From the NCBI GenBank assembly GCA_035084275.1, contig CM068759.1:4402001-4466000 (forward strand): 64,000 bases of DNA. The letters run 5' to 3'. The translations under genes and the position numbers were made by a program. The stretch is from Hydrolagus colliei. Taxonomy: Eukaryota. Of this stretch, positions 1 through 12,576 are shown in pieces. Each line of letters starts with the position of its first letter. The first letter of the stretch is position 1. The notes below the pieces were generated by a model. That model was not told the origin of the DNA. It ran no database searches and saw only the letters and a list, made by a program, of their open reading frames with translations.

Positions 1-284
1 ATTCGCTAGGAGAAATGCACACGGTTTTTTCACTTTTTGAACCAGAATACGGGACACTTAATGCTCGCGTGGAAGAACGAGACAGTTTAATATTTCTTCC
101 AAAGGTTGCCATCTCTGACAATACCGCACTCCCCCACACCACTCTGTAGCAATAATTCTCATAGTCAGTCTAGTAATAGTCATTAGCCAGCTGTGACTAT
201 GAGCTCAAATCCCACCCATGGGAAGTAAACCCACAATCTTCTGCCTCGGAGGCAAGAGTGCTAGCACTAAGCCAAACAGACACC
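1..284 (-). mobile_element. Old Deu-domain SINE (SacSINE1/AmnSINE1-like), 5' part, cut by the window edge
   Basis: Colinear with 43150-43372 (acaatcttctg..c..aggcaagagtgcta..actaagcca..gacac); tRNA-like A/B-box head. Family name is from memory. Confidence 0.7.
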
Positions 285-419
285 ATGTAAGGCATACAGA
301 ACCAAAGTGACAAGCAGGAAAAGAATTACAAGGCTGTAGAATGACATATAAAACATTTGTGGAATATTTCAGGTAACCAGTCAGACCTTCAGCCTTTTGC
401 CCCCCACCCCTTGGAACTC

Positions 420-713
420 CATAATAATAATAGTCATCATCCTTGCATTTGATATAGCGCTTTTCATGTCTTCTGGACGTTTCAAAGCGCTGCACAGCAT
501 ATACTATAAAGTGAGTTAACTGTATATATGTGGGCAAAACGCGGCAGCCAATTGTGCACAGCAAACAGTGGTGGATTGAGTGACCAAATAATATATTTTT
601 TTGAGGGATTATTATCAGGCGTATGGAGCAAGGAAACTTGCCCAAGGTTTCACCCTGGCTGGGAATCGAACCCAGGTCTCTCGCTTGCGAGGCGAGTGCT
701 GTAACCACTGAGC
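420..713 (-). mobile_element. tRNA-Ala(CGC)-derived SINE, near full length
   Basis: Minus strand reads GCTCAGTGGTTACAGCA CTCGC-CTCGCAA-GCGAG AGAC CTGGG-TTCGATT-CCCAG (intact anticodon and T arms), then body and (ATT)n tail. A second tail fragment abuts at 714-770. Confidence 0.9.
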
Positions 714-3210
714 ACCTTATCATGTCTTTGAAACTCCTCAAAGCGCTTCACAGAATACATTGTAAAGTGTCGTGTCTGTTTATTTTGTACATTTAAAATA
801 ACATTTTAGATTATGATATGTCAAATAAAACTTCGAGGCAGAACTTCTTTCAATCATTTCTGGGCGAATCTCCTATGGGTGGACATTAAATAAAACACAC
901 TTAGGAATGTAAAGTTCATCATTTTCTGCCTCCATTGCAATACAAATGTCAACATGCTTTGTCAGTTTGTCAATGTCTGCGAATCTGTACAATACCACAA
1001 GTTGGAAGGCGTATGTGGGATTGAAATAAACCTTAGGTTGAGAAATGATTATCGCCAACCCACAGGCATTACATCATCAGTCTAGAAAGTTCTTCAGACA
1101 TTACTCGTCTGCTGTCCTACGTAAGAATCTAATATTGTAAGTATCAGATAGCACGTTAGTGAATGTTCTATTCCTGTCCTTCAGCGGGCTTCCGATTGAA
1201 TAGTATCAGAGGTTTAGAGTAATAACGGAGACAAGCTTAACATAGGTTTCTCCATTATTAATTGTGTATTTAAATCCAGCTGTCCCACTGCTCCAAATGT
1301 TGTCTATTGTTGAAGGTACCTTTGGGCAAGTCTCTGCCCAACACCAAAGGGTTTAGTCTATGCTGAGTTAGCTTTTTCTCTCACTATAACAACAACAAAA
1401 TTACATCACTAGAGTTACCTGGAGCAGAACTGGTCTCTACATCCCCGATCGCAGAAGGGAAAAGCAGCCAGCGTTCCAGCTCCAGTGGCTTACTTATACA
1501 AGGTGATTACTGACCAGGGAGTGAATTTATGAGGCCAGTTGTAATTAAGGCACCAACTCAGTATGGGAACTTCCTTGTCTCACTTTGGGCTCTGCCCAAA
1601 GTATACCATCTTAGACAATAGCAAGTGTGATTTGTGTCTTTATGGAAGCCTTAGTTTACTGTCAATGTTGTTGGTGGGTTCTACCTCACATCTGAAATGT
1701 ATTTGTAACGCTGTAACTTGTCACACATCTCCGTCACATCCCTGTGTCCCTGAATTGGCTTCTTCCCATTCACTCAAAAGGGTATTCATCCAATTTATAA
1801 TGTAGCCACAATGTGGGTCAACAATTACAATTCTTTCGGTTCCTTCAACATCTACAACAGCCATTAAATAGCAAAAATACTGGCCACTGTACATTTAACC
1901 TTTATGAATGGGGAGGTGTTGGTGTTGTATCCAATGGCTAGGGATTGCTGGTTTGTCTAAGACGGAACAATTGCGGACATGATTTCTTAACTAAAGACTC
2001 TGGTTTGCAAATGGGAATTCCTCTGGTAACCGTAAGTCATTCCTACATGGAAACTGTATTCTGAAGCAATGTGCTTTCGCAGTGGATCTCCTAGTGGTAT
2101 ACAATATGCATAAATCACTTACAGTTATTGAAAGGAATCACTGTTGATGACTAAAGATCGCTACAGAAAAAATTCTGCCTGATATCCCCGCATTCCGGAT
2201 ACCAGCAGATTTGAACAGCTATTATTAATAATGTTAAACAATTTTAATAACGTTAAAGTAACTTTAGTAACATCAAAGTAACATTGATATGATTATAGTC
2301 AATCTAATGCCGAGAATTCTCAGAGCTCCAGCCATGAGCAATATAATTACTTTTCAAGAAGCAATACATTACTCCCTAAATATCATCCTTAACTGCTGGC
2401 TGAAAAAATAAATTAACTGAAATAGATTGGGAATAAATTGAATAATTGAATTTGAAAATGTATATTATAGAATATCAATCGATAAAAACATTTAAACCAA
2501 AGTAATTTCTGATTATACTAATTTATTATTATTATTATACCATGGCAACAACAGATGCAAAAACTCAAGTTAGCTGAAATCATGTTGTGAAAGAAGTCTC
2601 TTTCATACTGGACATTAGCCATACGCACAGCCCCCCCAAGCGAATAAAACAAACCTTTGATATCTTCTAATCGACTTTTTTTCATAACTGTAAGCTGTGT
2701 CTAGAGACAGACAAGCTGTGTTGTTTCTAACTGTGACGTAATACCCTTAAGATGTCTGGCAGGAGCACAAGTCGATTCGTTGGTGGTATGCCCACTGAGC
2801 TCTTAGCAACAATGACTCATCAATAAAACGTCTCCTAGCAATTATCATAGCAAAGGCTACACAAAATGCCCACAGTTTATCATTAGCACAGTTGAAAACT
2901 ATTCTAGAGTATCTTCAGGATTTGCTTAATAGGTCTCCTTCATTCTATGACTGGATGATTTATACCAAATGCACGATAGATTATTAACGTCTGTGGAATG
3001 CATTATAAATATATATATTAAGTAAAAATCCATAAATGAAATGAAAACCTTTTCTTTGCTGGAAATGTAAACTAGGAATTCCTGAAAACAAACCCTGACC
3101 GATGCTGATGTCACACAGTTCCCGTTCCCCACCGCTCCTTCTCTCACTATTCAATTTAATGGTGTGAAATTAATTGATTAGAATCTAGCAAGATGTGACG
3201 GTGATAACAA

Positions 3211-3410
3211 AATAATAATCTTGCAACTACTATAGCACCCTTTGAGCAGGGAGGATACCTCAAAGCATGTTAATGTAAAGTGTAGTGATTGTGTGTTTTG
3301 TAAGCAGATGTGGCAGCCAATTTGAACACAGCAATGTCCCACAAACAGCCATGATACTAATAACAAATTTTATTTGGGAGAATTAATGGCCAGCACACTG
3401 GAAGAAACTG
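3211..3410 (-). mobile_element. Deu-domain SINE 3' half, degenerate
   Basis: gcagccaattt..cacagcaatgtcccacaaacagccatg is shared with the 53940 and 43040 copies; (AAT)n tail. Confidence 0.7.
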
Positions 3411-5754
3411 TGAATACCCTCTTTATTCAGGAGTCTGGTTCCAATTGAATCACTGGGAGTTTCAGATTAAATAGCTTAAAAAAGGAGCTTCAAAAAAAGT
3501 CAAACCACATCCTGATGAATCTGATAGAAGGACAAGTTGAGAAGCTATAGCATCTTATGCACTATTTCTGGTTATGGTGATAGAAATCAGGAGACATTTG
3601 AAATAGATTCACTGCAGGAACTTTGCCCCCAAATTTGCCCATAATCGCTAGGTTTGTACTGGGTGGTGAATGCTTTCTGGGAAGGACAACAAAGAATGAG
3701 ATAATGTCATTGGTCTTCAAGGCTGGAATTGGGATAAAAACTTGGGAATCCAACAGCCCATTGAACTCATCCAGCCTGTTCCTTCCACAGACTAAAATAA
3801 GATGATTTAGAACAACATTCCTAATTAATAGAATGACATAATAGATTTTTTTAAAATACATTTAGTCCTCTGGATATGTGCTAAAAGGAATAGAAAATCC
3901 TTACTGCTACAAATTTGCTTGGAACAGAAAAGATGTAATGGGACATTCACAACTGACTTGTTGCAAAGGGATGATGACACAAAGAAAAACATCATCACTT
4001 GGACAAGGTGCTATCCTGGAGATTGGATAGGTCCTGCTCGCTGCATCTGATATATTTGATTCCTGCAGAAAATTCATCATTCATCTGAGCCAGACATTGG
4101 GACTAGTTTGTCACCTTGAATTTGGTCTACTGTTTGGAGACCAGAGACAGTCTGATCCAAGTTGAGCTACAAATTTGAATGAGAATAAACTTTCTTTTGC
4201 TCCTCCATGAACCTCACCTTTCTCCATTTTAGAACAGGTCAATTGATACGAATGGAATTAAATACACAGCTGATTGCATGAGTGAGTGACTGAGTGATAA
4301 TTACACTTATCTGCTCATCTTGTCTGCAGGACTGGATTGAATAAGGAAAACTTGATGTGGCACTAAGAACCTATATACCTTGCCCATCAATGCATTCAAG
4401 CTTCTATACTCCCTTGTTGGTGGGCACTCAGTCTCAAAATCCCTTTGCCTCAAAAACTTTCCTCTAACCAAAGTTTTGTAAATCACTGGACATGGTTTCA
4501 TTTCAATTCATTTCATCCAATTCATTAATGAACAATCTTTAAACCCACTTCCTCAACTTTTCAGCAGTTGCCATTTAGAAAAAGATGACCTTTTGTTTGA
4601 GATGGGGGTGTGTTGGGGTTACACTTCATTCTAAATTCTGCCTAACCACGTTGCAACTTAGAGAAACATATTGTTGCTAAGTTACAGTTTCAAATCACTG
4701 TCATTATTCTGTATTCATCCCAAGATGCCTGAAAAAAAATCACAGCCTCCGTTCTTGGTGAAGATAAAAGCTCTTGTGGTTAGTGTCACTTTCTTTTTCT
4801 CTCTCACTTTTAAAAAAAAAGTCAAGCTGGAGAAACTCCTCCAGACTTTGGCTTGTTGAACGAGCTGTGACTCAGTGCTTCAGTCATAATGAAGCCAGTT
4901 ACTGAGTTAAATATGAACCACATGCCAAACTGAGTGAACCCTTTAACCCTTATAACCAGCTGTATCTCTTACGGCCTTTAAAACTGATGTAATACAATCT
5001 TACTTACAATAGTGAAGGGACAGCATGACCCCTATGTGGTTTCTTTATATGATGTCTTTATACTACAACTATTCAAAACTGGACTCATACGCAATTATTT
5101 CATATGCTCCTGTTATAAAATAAGATGTCTTGGAATCCATAAATCAGTATCTCACCACATTGTCTAGCCCTGCAGGAGCTGGGTACTCAAATAGACTGTG
5201 CTACATCAAGGATCAACTTTCAAAACAGCTCCATAGAAAGGAAATATTTGTCACGCTGAATTTGACCACCATATTTCACCGCAAGGACAAACATCTTCAC
5301 TCTCACTCTTTCAACACTGTTGTCTTTCTAACCACTATGTGAACACAACACTGAGGCCTAACGGAGGTTCCCCAGGTCCCATATCCTCGTGACACATTCT
5401 GCATTCATCTTGAGGCCAGAACACCAATAGCTCATCGAGCAGACAATTTATTAAAAAGGTTAAATAAACTCCTGCATCCTATGAATAACAAGGTTGAGTC
5501 AGCTGATGATTGCTCAAATGGGTGCTACGTGTTTGTTTTTGAACAAATTTAACAGACCTTTTGCAAAGGCACTTTGCCACTTACCAGCAGTGTTGTGACT
5601 GGAATTACGAGAATACCCATGGCTGTTTGTCGGACATTAATCTATTGCCATTTAAAAGTTTGCCAGGCAAATTCCTTGTAGTGTTTGCCTGGCAAACTGG
5701 TTATGTTTGCCTACGAAAGTACACAGTCACTACAATTTGCAGTGAATTCTAAGA

Positions 5755-5845
5755 AGCATTTTGAGACGTCCTGACTTGAAAGGTGCTGTAACAACAATAA
5801 AATTACGTTTGTATACAGCCCTTCAGGTTGGGGGGACATCTCAAG
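5755..5845. mobile_element. Two L2 3'-end fragments, tail to tail
   Basis: ttgagacgtcctgacttgaaaggtgctgta (+) is followed immediately by acaacaataaaattacgtttgtatacagcccttcaggttggggggacatctcaa (-). Confidence 0.7.
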
Positions 5846-6195
5846 ACTCTGGACAATTAGTGTTTCAGGCAGCAATAGCCTTATGGATATTAAATGCCAA
5901 TTATACTTGTAAAATTATTATGCACAAGCCTTCTGTGTCTCCTCATTAACACAGTGCAGTCAACCTGGAACCTGATATAATTTCTACCCCTAATAGTGCA
6001 TAAACAGGCCATACATTTGGCTATGATATCCTTCATTAAATAAACTCATGTTGAGTTTATATTGCTTGCAAACTGATTTTCCATGAACCGTCATGTAGCA
6101 ATTGGTATTACCGTGCGTATAATCCATCAAAGAAATTACGTTTTATATTGCCCATTTGGTGGCTTTTTTTTTCTGGTTTGTAACTTGTCCTGATT

Positions 6196-6514
6196 GTGGA
6201 GTCCTGTAGTTGTGTGGTTGGAGCACTCACCTTGCAAGCGAGAGACCTGGGTTCGATACCAGGCAGGGAGAAACCTTGGGCAAGTTTCCTTACTCCACAT
6301 GCCTGCTATTAATCCATCAAAAAAAACAATAATACATTGGTTATTTCAACCCACGACTGTTTGTGGGGACACTGCTGTGCTGAATTGGCTGCCTCTTTTC
6401 GCCCACAAATATTCAGTAAATTCACTTTACAGTATATTCTGTGAAGCACTTTGAGACATCTAGAAGACGTGAAAATCTTCTATATCAAATACAAGGATAA
6501 TTATTATTTTATTA
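6196..6514 (+). mobile_element. tRNA-Ala-derived SINE, full length, short variant
   Basis: GTGGAGTCCTGTAG head, GGTTCGATACC B box, ctgtg..aattggctgcc core, tatatcaaat.caagga(tta)n tail; colinear with the 420-713 and 32268 copies. Confidence 0.9.
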
Positions 6515-7455
6515 CCGTCGCACATTCGGATGTTTGGTAAGAATTCCAATCATTCACCACCTACCCAAAATCTGTCCCACAAAAAAGCCAGCTCAAAACA
6601 AGGATCCCTTCTTAGGTTATGAATCTATTGGAAGGATAGTAGTGCTAAGTCATGGTGCAATACACTTCCCACCATTTGAAACTGATCGCTTCACTCAAAG
6701 TTTCCCTGACATTGCTTGAACCGTGGCCAGCAATCAGCTTCAGGCAATTGAGGAAGACATGCTTTGACAGCAGTGATTTTCACTGTGATTAGTTTGGGAA
6801 CTTAATGCGTTCTTAATGAGAGGAAAGTTTTATGAGAGAGGCTGGGGGGGTGGGGGGGAAGGGGGAATTAGGAGGGGGCGTTGGCTCATATGAAGTATAG
6901 ACCTCAGCATGGACGAGTTGGGCCTATTTCAGATCTGCAAATTCTATGCCATTTTATCAAACAAACATAAACTGTATATGGAGCGTTTACAAAAGCTTGT
7001 GCCAGAAGTTTTTAAAAAAAACTTGATACATGTACCATTGTTTTACTCGTCTTTTTCCTCATCGTCTTATTGTCATTGATCCGTGCAATTACCTGAAAGA
7101 GCCATCATCTGTTAAAGTGTTAACACCAATTCAGAAGGGGACGTCAATGGAAGAGAACTTGAGGATAGTGCTTTAGGATTGTGCTTCCTTAATGGGTTCC
7201 GTGGATTGAAATGCGTGCCAATGCGTTTTGCACCTGGTTTGAATTTCTGCAGCAATGAGATCCTCGCCGTTTTCTTTTTTAGAAAAGTTCCCTTAAATCG
7301 GAAGGATTATTTCCTGTTCATTGGGCCCCAAGGTTAGCTTGTTTGCCAATTAATCCTGAGGAGATTAAACAAGACAGTTGCTGTGAAGAAGGGTGGGAAG
7401 TAGGGGGAAGCAGGGAAGTGTTGTTGGCGGTGGGGGCGTGAAAGAGAGATGGAAT

Positions 7456-7518
7456 AACAACAACAACAACAAAATTACATTTATAGAGCGCCTTTCACGT
7501 CGGCAGGACATCCCAAGG
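7456..7518 (-). mobile_element. L2 3' terminus only (stem-loop plus (TTG)n tail)
   Basis: Matches the last ~60 nt of the longer L2 fragment at 21668-21953. Confidence 0.85.
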
Positions 7519-7924
7519 AGTTGTTTTACACAGGTTAACAGTGCTCTTTGTTCCTGCTCTTAGTTTTGGGCGCGTTTTTTAAGAACTACTCCCAAAGTCA
7601 GGTTACGGTGATAGCACAATAGTCTTCCCCCATTGATTTGGATTGAATGCATCATACACTCAGCTTTGAAACGTTCAGCGTCGATGAATGAAAGAATGGT
7701 GTTCTTTTTAGCATCCAGCAGGTGTCAGCCATCGATGCTTTCTGGTGACAAACTTGGTTGCCTATTTCTCTCTTGAATAAAACTCAAGGGCAGCACAATT
7801 GTGCAGAACTATAGCCCGGAATCCCTCCCACTCGCTCCCTCGCCTCGAAGTAGGTTGTTGGGACGTCCCTCTGAAGTGAGAGGGGCTGTACAAATGCCAA
7901 CTGTTGCTTCGTGTTGTTGTCCAT

Positions 7925-8112
7925 TGAAAGACCTACTTCTTTAACTGCGTTTCTTGTCATATTTGCCCCCAATCACCCTAACTTTAATTCCACCCACCCC
8001 CCACTCCCCCACCTCACCCACCGTTTGCTTGCACTGAGCCAAGCCAGGATTGGTAAGTGCCTTGGGACATTCTGCTATGAAAGGGCTATATATCCATTCA
8101 TTTGTATTGTAT
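7925..8112 (+). mobile_element. Older L2 3' fragment
   Basis: Degenerate ORF2 end (KTYFF), C-rich UTR, then gtgccttgggacattctgctatgaaagggctatata terminus. Confidence 0.55.
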
Positions 8113-8318
8113 AGTAATTGTTGGCTGAATAAATGAGTACCATGTACTAAAACAGCCAGTTTCAGAATTTTGGGCTCAAGCAGTCAGGTAACCAGGGAAA
8201 CAATTTAAATGCTATTAATTTTTTTGAGGGGGAATTTTCAAAACGGTGACAGATATTAAAAAATAATGGCCCCCTTTTAAACTGCTGCAAAGAATTAGAA
8301 CACAAAACAATTGATTTA

Positions 8319-8430
8319 TTAATAATAATACTTATTTGATATAGCGCTCCGTCCTGTCGCCAAGAAGTCTCAAAGCACTTCACAGAATATACTGCAGGCC
8401 TGTGTGTATTTTGTGGGTGAATAAAACACA
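8319..8430 (-). mobile_element. SINE 3' tail fragment
   Basis: aataataata..atttgatatagcgct..gtctcaaagcacttcacagaatatactg matches the SINE tail. Confidence 0.75.
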
Positions 8431-9063
8431 CAGTCCCGCTCACACTGTTTTACAATCTAAATCAAGCTTTCATCTGGTCACTGCAGCTGGATTATATTGT
8501 GGTCTAAACACAATAACGGCAAAATTTCAAGTCGGGAGGACGTCCCAAGGCGACAACACAAGGGTTTTTATCGAGTCTTATCACTCAAAATCCCATCAAT
8601 GTGTAGGAACTCTACTCTGGAAGCATACTGTGTGGAAACAGCTTTCTGCTAAGTCATCTCGGCTATTAATGCTGATCAGAGAGGTCAACATGTAAAGATT
8701 TTACTTTTTCCAAACATGAACCAATACTTGAATTTTAGTCCCACTGTTTGTTTCCAGGTCTTAAACCCTAATAAAGGATAAAATTAAAGCCTTTCATGCT
8801 TCAGTTGTGCCAGACAAACACATGATTCCTACTGCAAATGTATAATATCCAACTTATAAAAGTTATGAATAGGCACTACGCAAATGTAATGTTGTTATTG
8901 TTCTTGGATACACTTGGTGTCCAGCTTTACTAACAGGGCAAACATTTTAATGTTGAGCAGAATCCAGTCACACTGAACAGAACCATCTGTAAAGATTAAT
9001 TTTGTCTCAATTAAAATTTGTTCAAAAAAGTTTAGTAAATCAGCAGACAAACACTGTTGCTTT

Positions 9064-9121
9064 TTTATTTTTTTTATTGATAAATTGCACAGATCTAAGC
9101 AAGACAATGTAAGGCTTTATT
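9064..9121 (-). terminator. Candidate polyadenylation signals
   Basis: AATAAA on minus at 9121-9116, 9078-9073 and 9069-9064, followed by GU-rich GTGTTTGTCTG. Confidence 0.55.
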
Positions 9122-12100
9122 ATAGTCTGCATCCAAATAGGCAAGTTTATGACTTGGTACTTTGGATAAGGATAATATTTCAATACAGGCAAGATGTATT
9201 TAACCCCTTCTGTGATAGTTCTTGATTTTTTTTTCTTTTCAAGTTTAGTTACATTCATATCTTTACCCTTTTTTAAATGTTAAATACTGACATTATATAC
9301 CACTAGCATTTGTAAGCAGTAAGTGACTGCAATGGGGTTAGTACAAATCCACCATGCCCGACACTGAAAGGGCTAAAGGCACCAAAGGTAGTATGCAATG
9401 CATAGAATACAATGAATAGAATCATTCACATTTTCTACACTTCTAAAATCAAAATAACAACATGCTTTCGAAAAGCAAAGAGAAGTTACTGAGAACTTTG
9501 GGGGTACAAAGATAAGCAGCAGAAATCTTATTACAAACAAAAATAGTGCTGTCTTTTGAGAAGTCCTACATTCGGAAGGAATATATTGCTCTTAAAGAAT
9601 GGCATATAACCTCTTTACCTTTAACTAATTGCCATTTTACAGTGCAAATGTCACTTTATCACATTCTTTCCCCTATAACGCAGCCCACGACCCTTTATGA
9701 GTCAGCTTTCTGGAGACTACCATTGCAAAGCACTTTGTTGGCTTGTGATATGTTTTGCTTGGGAACTGTTTAGCAAAAGAAATTGCATTTCTGTTCAGTA
9801 ACTTGATAGTTTGACCAGACAGAATGTGAGGAAAGCTCTTTTTTTTTTGGAAGGCAGTTCTCTCTTGAAATCTTTTTGGTACAATGGCAGGAAGGCACTG
9901 CAGCAAAGCGTCCGACAGGTGAGGAAAGACAGTCCTCGATGCTGTGAGTAGGTGACTGTCTTTCGAAATAAAACATATACAAAAATATTCGCTCTCATCA
10001 ATATGCATCTGAAGCAAAAAAGCACTGAGCTGCAGATTTCAAACGGTTCAGAAGTTGTTCCAACAGGGCCTCTGTTGGTCACTTTGAACAACTTTCAAAA
10101 TTGGACAGCGTGATACAGCGTGCAAGAGCTGATAACGTTCTAAAATAAATCATATTCGGTAATAAATCTGTACGTCAGTCGCGTTATGAATCGCAAGACG
10201 GTGACACCTAAACTTCTCCAATCTTAACCGCTAACATTCTTCTGATATGTACTTATAATATTTATAATAAAAACAAGATTACAAACAAGGCCTGGTCTAT
10301 ATTGTACACACTAAAATAACTCAATAATATTTAGTAGCTTAAAATATCCAACTGGAAGCTATCATGCTACACTGTATATCCAGGACCAGTGTTATGGAAA
10401 AGGGAGGCACCTCATTGAATAAGGACTATGTGGAGGGGGGGTGGGGGGGAGGGGGAAGGTAAGCAACTTTATGAAATTCAATAGGGCAGCCTTCAAATCG
10501 ATTCAGAAGTTTTTTTCAACAAAAAAGATTTGAGTGGGCAAATGACGAATTTTAAAACAACCTGGTTTCCAGTTTCATTTTGCTTTTCAGATTTAACTCC
10601 ATTAAGTACATCACAAAACAATGCACTCTTCATCCTGTTTTTTTAAAAAAAGAAATAATTGATTGAAAAAATGTACAGGGATTACGCATGACTGCAACTT
10701 TCTGTTTTTTTTAGAAAAAGTAGTAAGAAGTTCAATGAACAACAGAGCCTAACAGTCATCTTATGGGATTCTTTCAAACAAGGTATATTGGCTTTAATTA
10801 TGATGTTATATCAAATGTCGCGGACAAAACATCGATGACACTTCTTGTACCACAACAAAAGCTTGGAGAATTGTTCTCTCACTCTAAAAATAGTGAGTAT
10901 CTTGAACCAATTTTAAAGATTCCTCTGTGGTGAGTTATGGTACAAGATGGACATCCTTTTGTTTCTACACAAACCTAAGTGTGACATTTTATCAAGGCAA
11001 AACAAAATAAATCAATGTGCATTACATGGTGAGATTACAAAACACTGGTCCTCAAAGTTATGTTCCTTGGGGAGGAGGGTATGTGAGTGGGGGTGGGGTG
11101 GAGTTGGGGGGGTGAAATCTTTTTGATCTCTTATCCTTGCATTGCAACCTATTTGGAGGCAAGAATAGTGCCTATCAGGTCAATGGACAATGGGTTAAGT
11201 TCTGCTGATAAACCATCAAAGCTTTTTATAAATCAGTTACATAGAATTGAAAGGCAGTGTTAACAAATGTTAAAAAGTTTGGCAAGCAAAAATACAAAAA
11301 AGGTTGGAAAGCTGAAAAAATTTACACGAGATCCACAATTGGGCATTCTCAGGTCCCTACATTCAATGCAGTAATAAAATAAAATATTTTTAAACCGGAT
11401 AATATAAACCTAAGCGTTCAGGCTAATTGGTAAAGAAAAAGTGGCTGTAGGAGAGAGAGTGTGCAGCAGACTGATCTCTACTACGTATCTGAATAAACCC
11501 ATCTCAACTGCTGACATTTTCATTCTCCTAGTTACTTCCGAAGAAAGAGGTGCACTTGCAAACTTGACCTATTAGAGTTTAACTTGATAGTGGAGACGTA
11601 CAACCCTTTATTATTGAAGAATGGAATATGACCGAAGTGCTATTTATGCACGATGGCAATTTTATTTAGTGCAGTTATATGGCGTTATAATGGTGGGAAT
11701 GAATATTCATGACCTTGTTTAAATCCATTCATGCTGGGCTTTCATTTTTTCTTGTCCTTCACGCTATATCAAAAGGGAATGACTTCAGGGGGAGCAATAA
11801 GATTGAGGGTGTCAGCTCTCCCTCAGACCAACTAGCAGAAAAACAGGTCCATTGGAAAGGTGGGGAGAGGGGGTTGGAATTAATAACAGCGTAAAAAGTA
11901 TGTGAAATCTCTGTGCGTAGGTTTTTTTCCCCCCAAACAAAGTTCTATTTTAACTGAGATTGTCATGCTAAGGCCAGTGCTGTGCTAAAGTGCTGTTAAT
12001 GGGTCCACAGCGTCTAAAGTCATTAAAGAATTGTTCCAAGCATTGGTTTTGTTTAGGATTGGAAGGCCCCTCAGCAAAGGGTATCACCAAGTTCCTATTC

Positions 12101-12513
12101 CCTAAACCCTTGCAAGGAAATCCTGCACTTCCACCACTGGGCAGTGAAATAAGGCCATCATTTAGCAAGCTGCTATACAGTGCCACGACTTGAGTGGTAA
12201 CACTATCTTGGCAGTATACACATTGCAATGACATTTTGCGTTGGACCCAGGTCTTAGTGAATAGACCATACTGCGGGGGAAATGAGCAGGGAGTGGTGCA
12301 ATAACCATCACACGCAGCATCAGAGTAAAAAAGGATATAATAATATACCATAATATTATTATTTTTTAAAAAGCTTTGAATGTGTGTCAAAGTGTTACGT
12401 TTTCACCGATATTTGGTTATTACAATATAATGCATTTCCATTATAAGGAAATATGTTATATATTAAAGTAACAAAAAATGTAATACGCGGTTGTGTTAGG
12501 GATTTCAATAAGG

Positions 12514-12576
12514 ACAACAACAACAAAATTACATTGATAGAGTGCCTTTCACGACGGACAGACGTCCCAAGGCACT
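12514..12576 (-). mobile_element. L2 3' terminus only, inside the probable 3' UTR
   Basis: acaacaacaacaaaattacattgatagagtgcctttcacgacggacagacgtcccaaggcact. Confidence 0.8.

Noticed and set aside
205-741. 178-aa ORF (also 189-aa ORF 24107-24676 and ORFs at 6194, 24037, 32289)
   Set aside because: They run through SINE copies; shared peptides reflect the repeat, not a gene family.
2225-2290. Degenerate ~18-bp tandem repeat (similar short duplications at 25061-25097, 57142-57166, 61142-61177)
   Set aside because: Ordinary slippage-type microduplications with no functional signal.
6841-6880. G-quadruplex-capable G runs (also 10432, 11088, 18888-19000)
   Set aside because: Simple G-rich low-complexity tracts recur throughout the window with no link to a specific feature.
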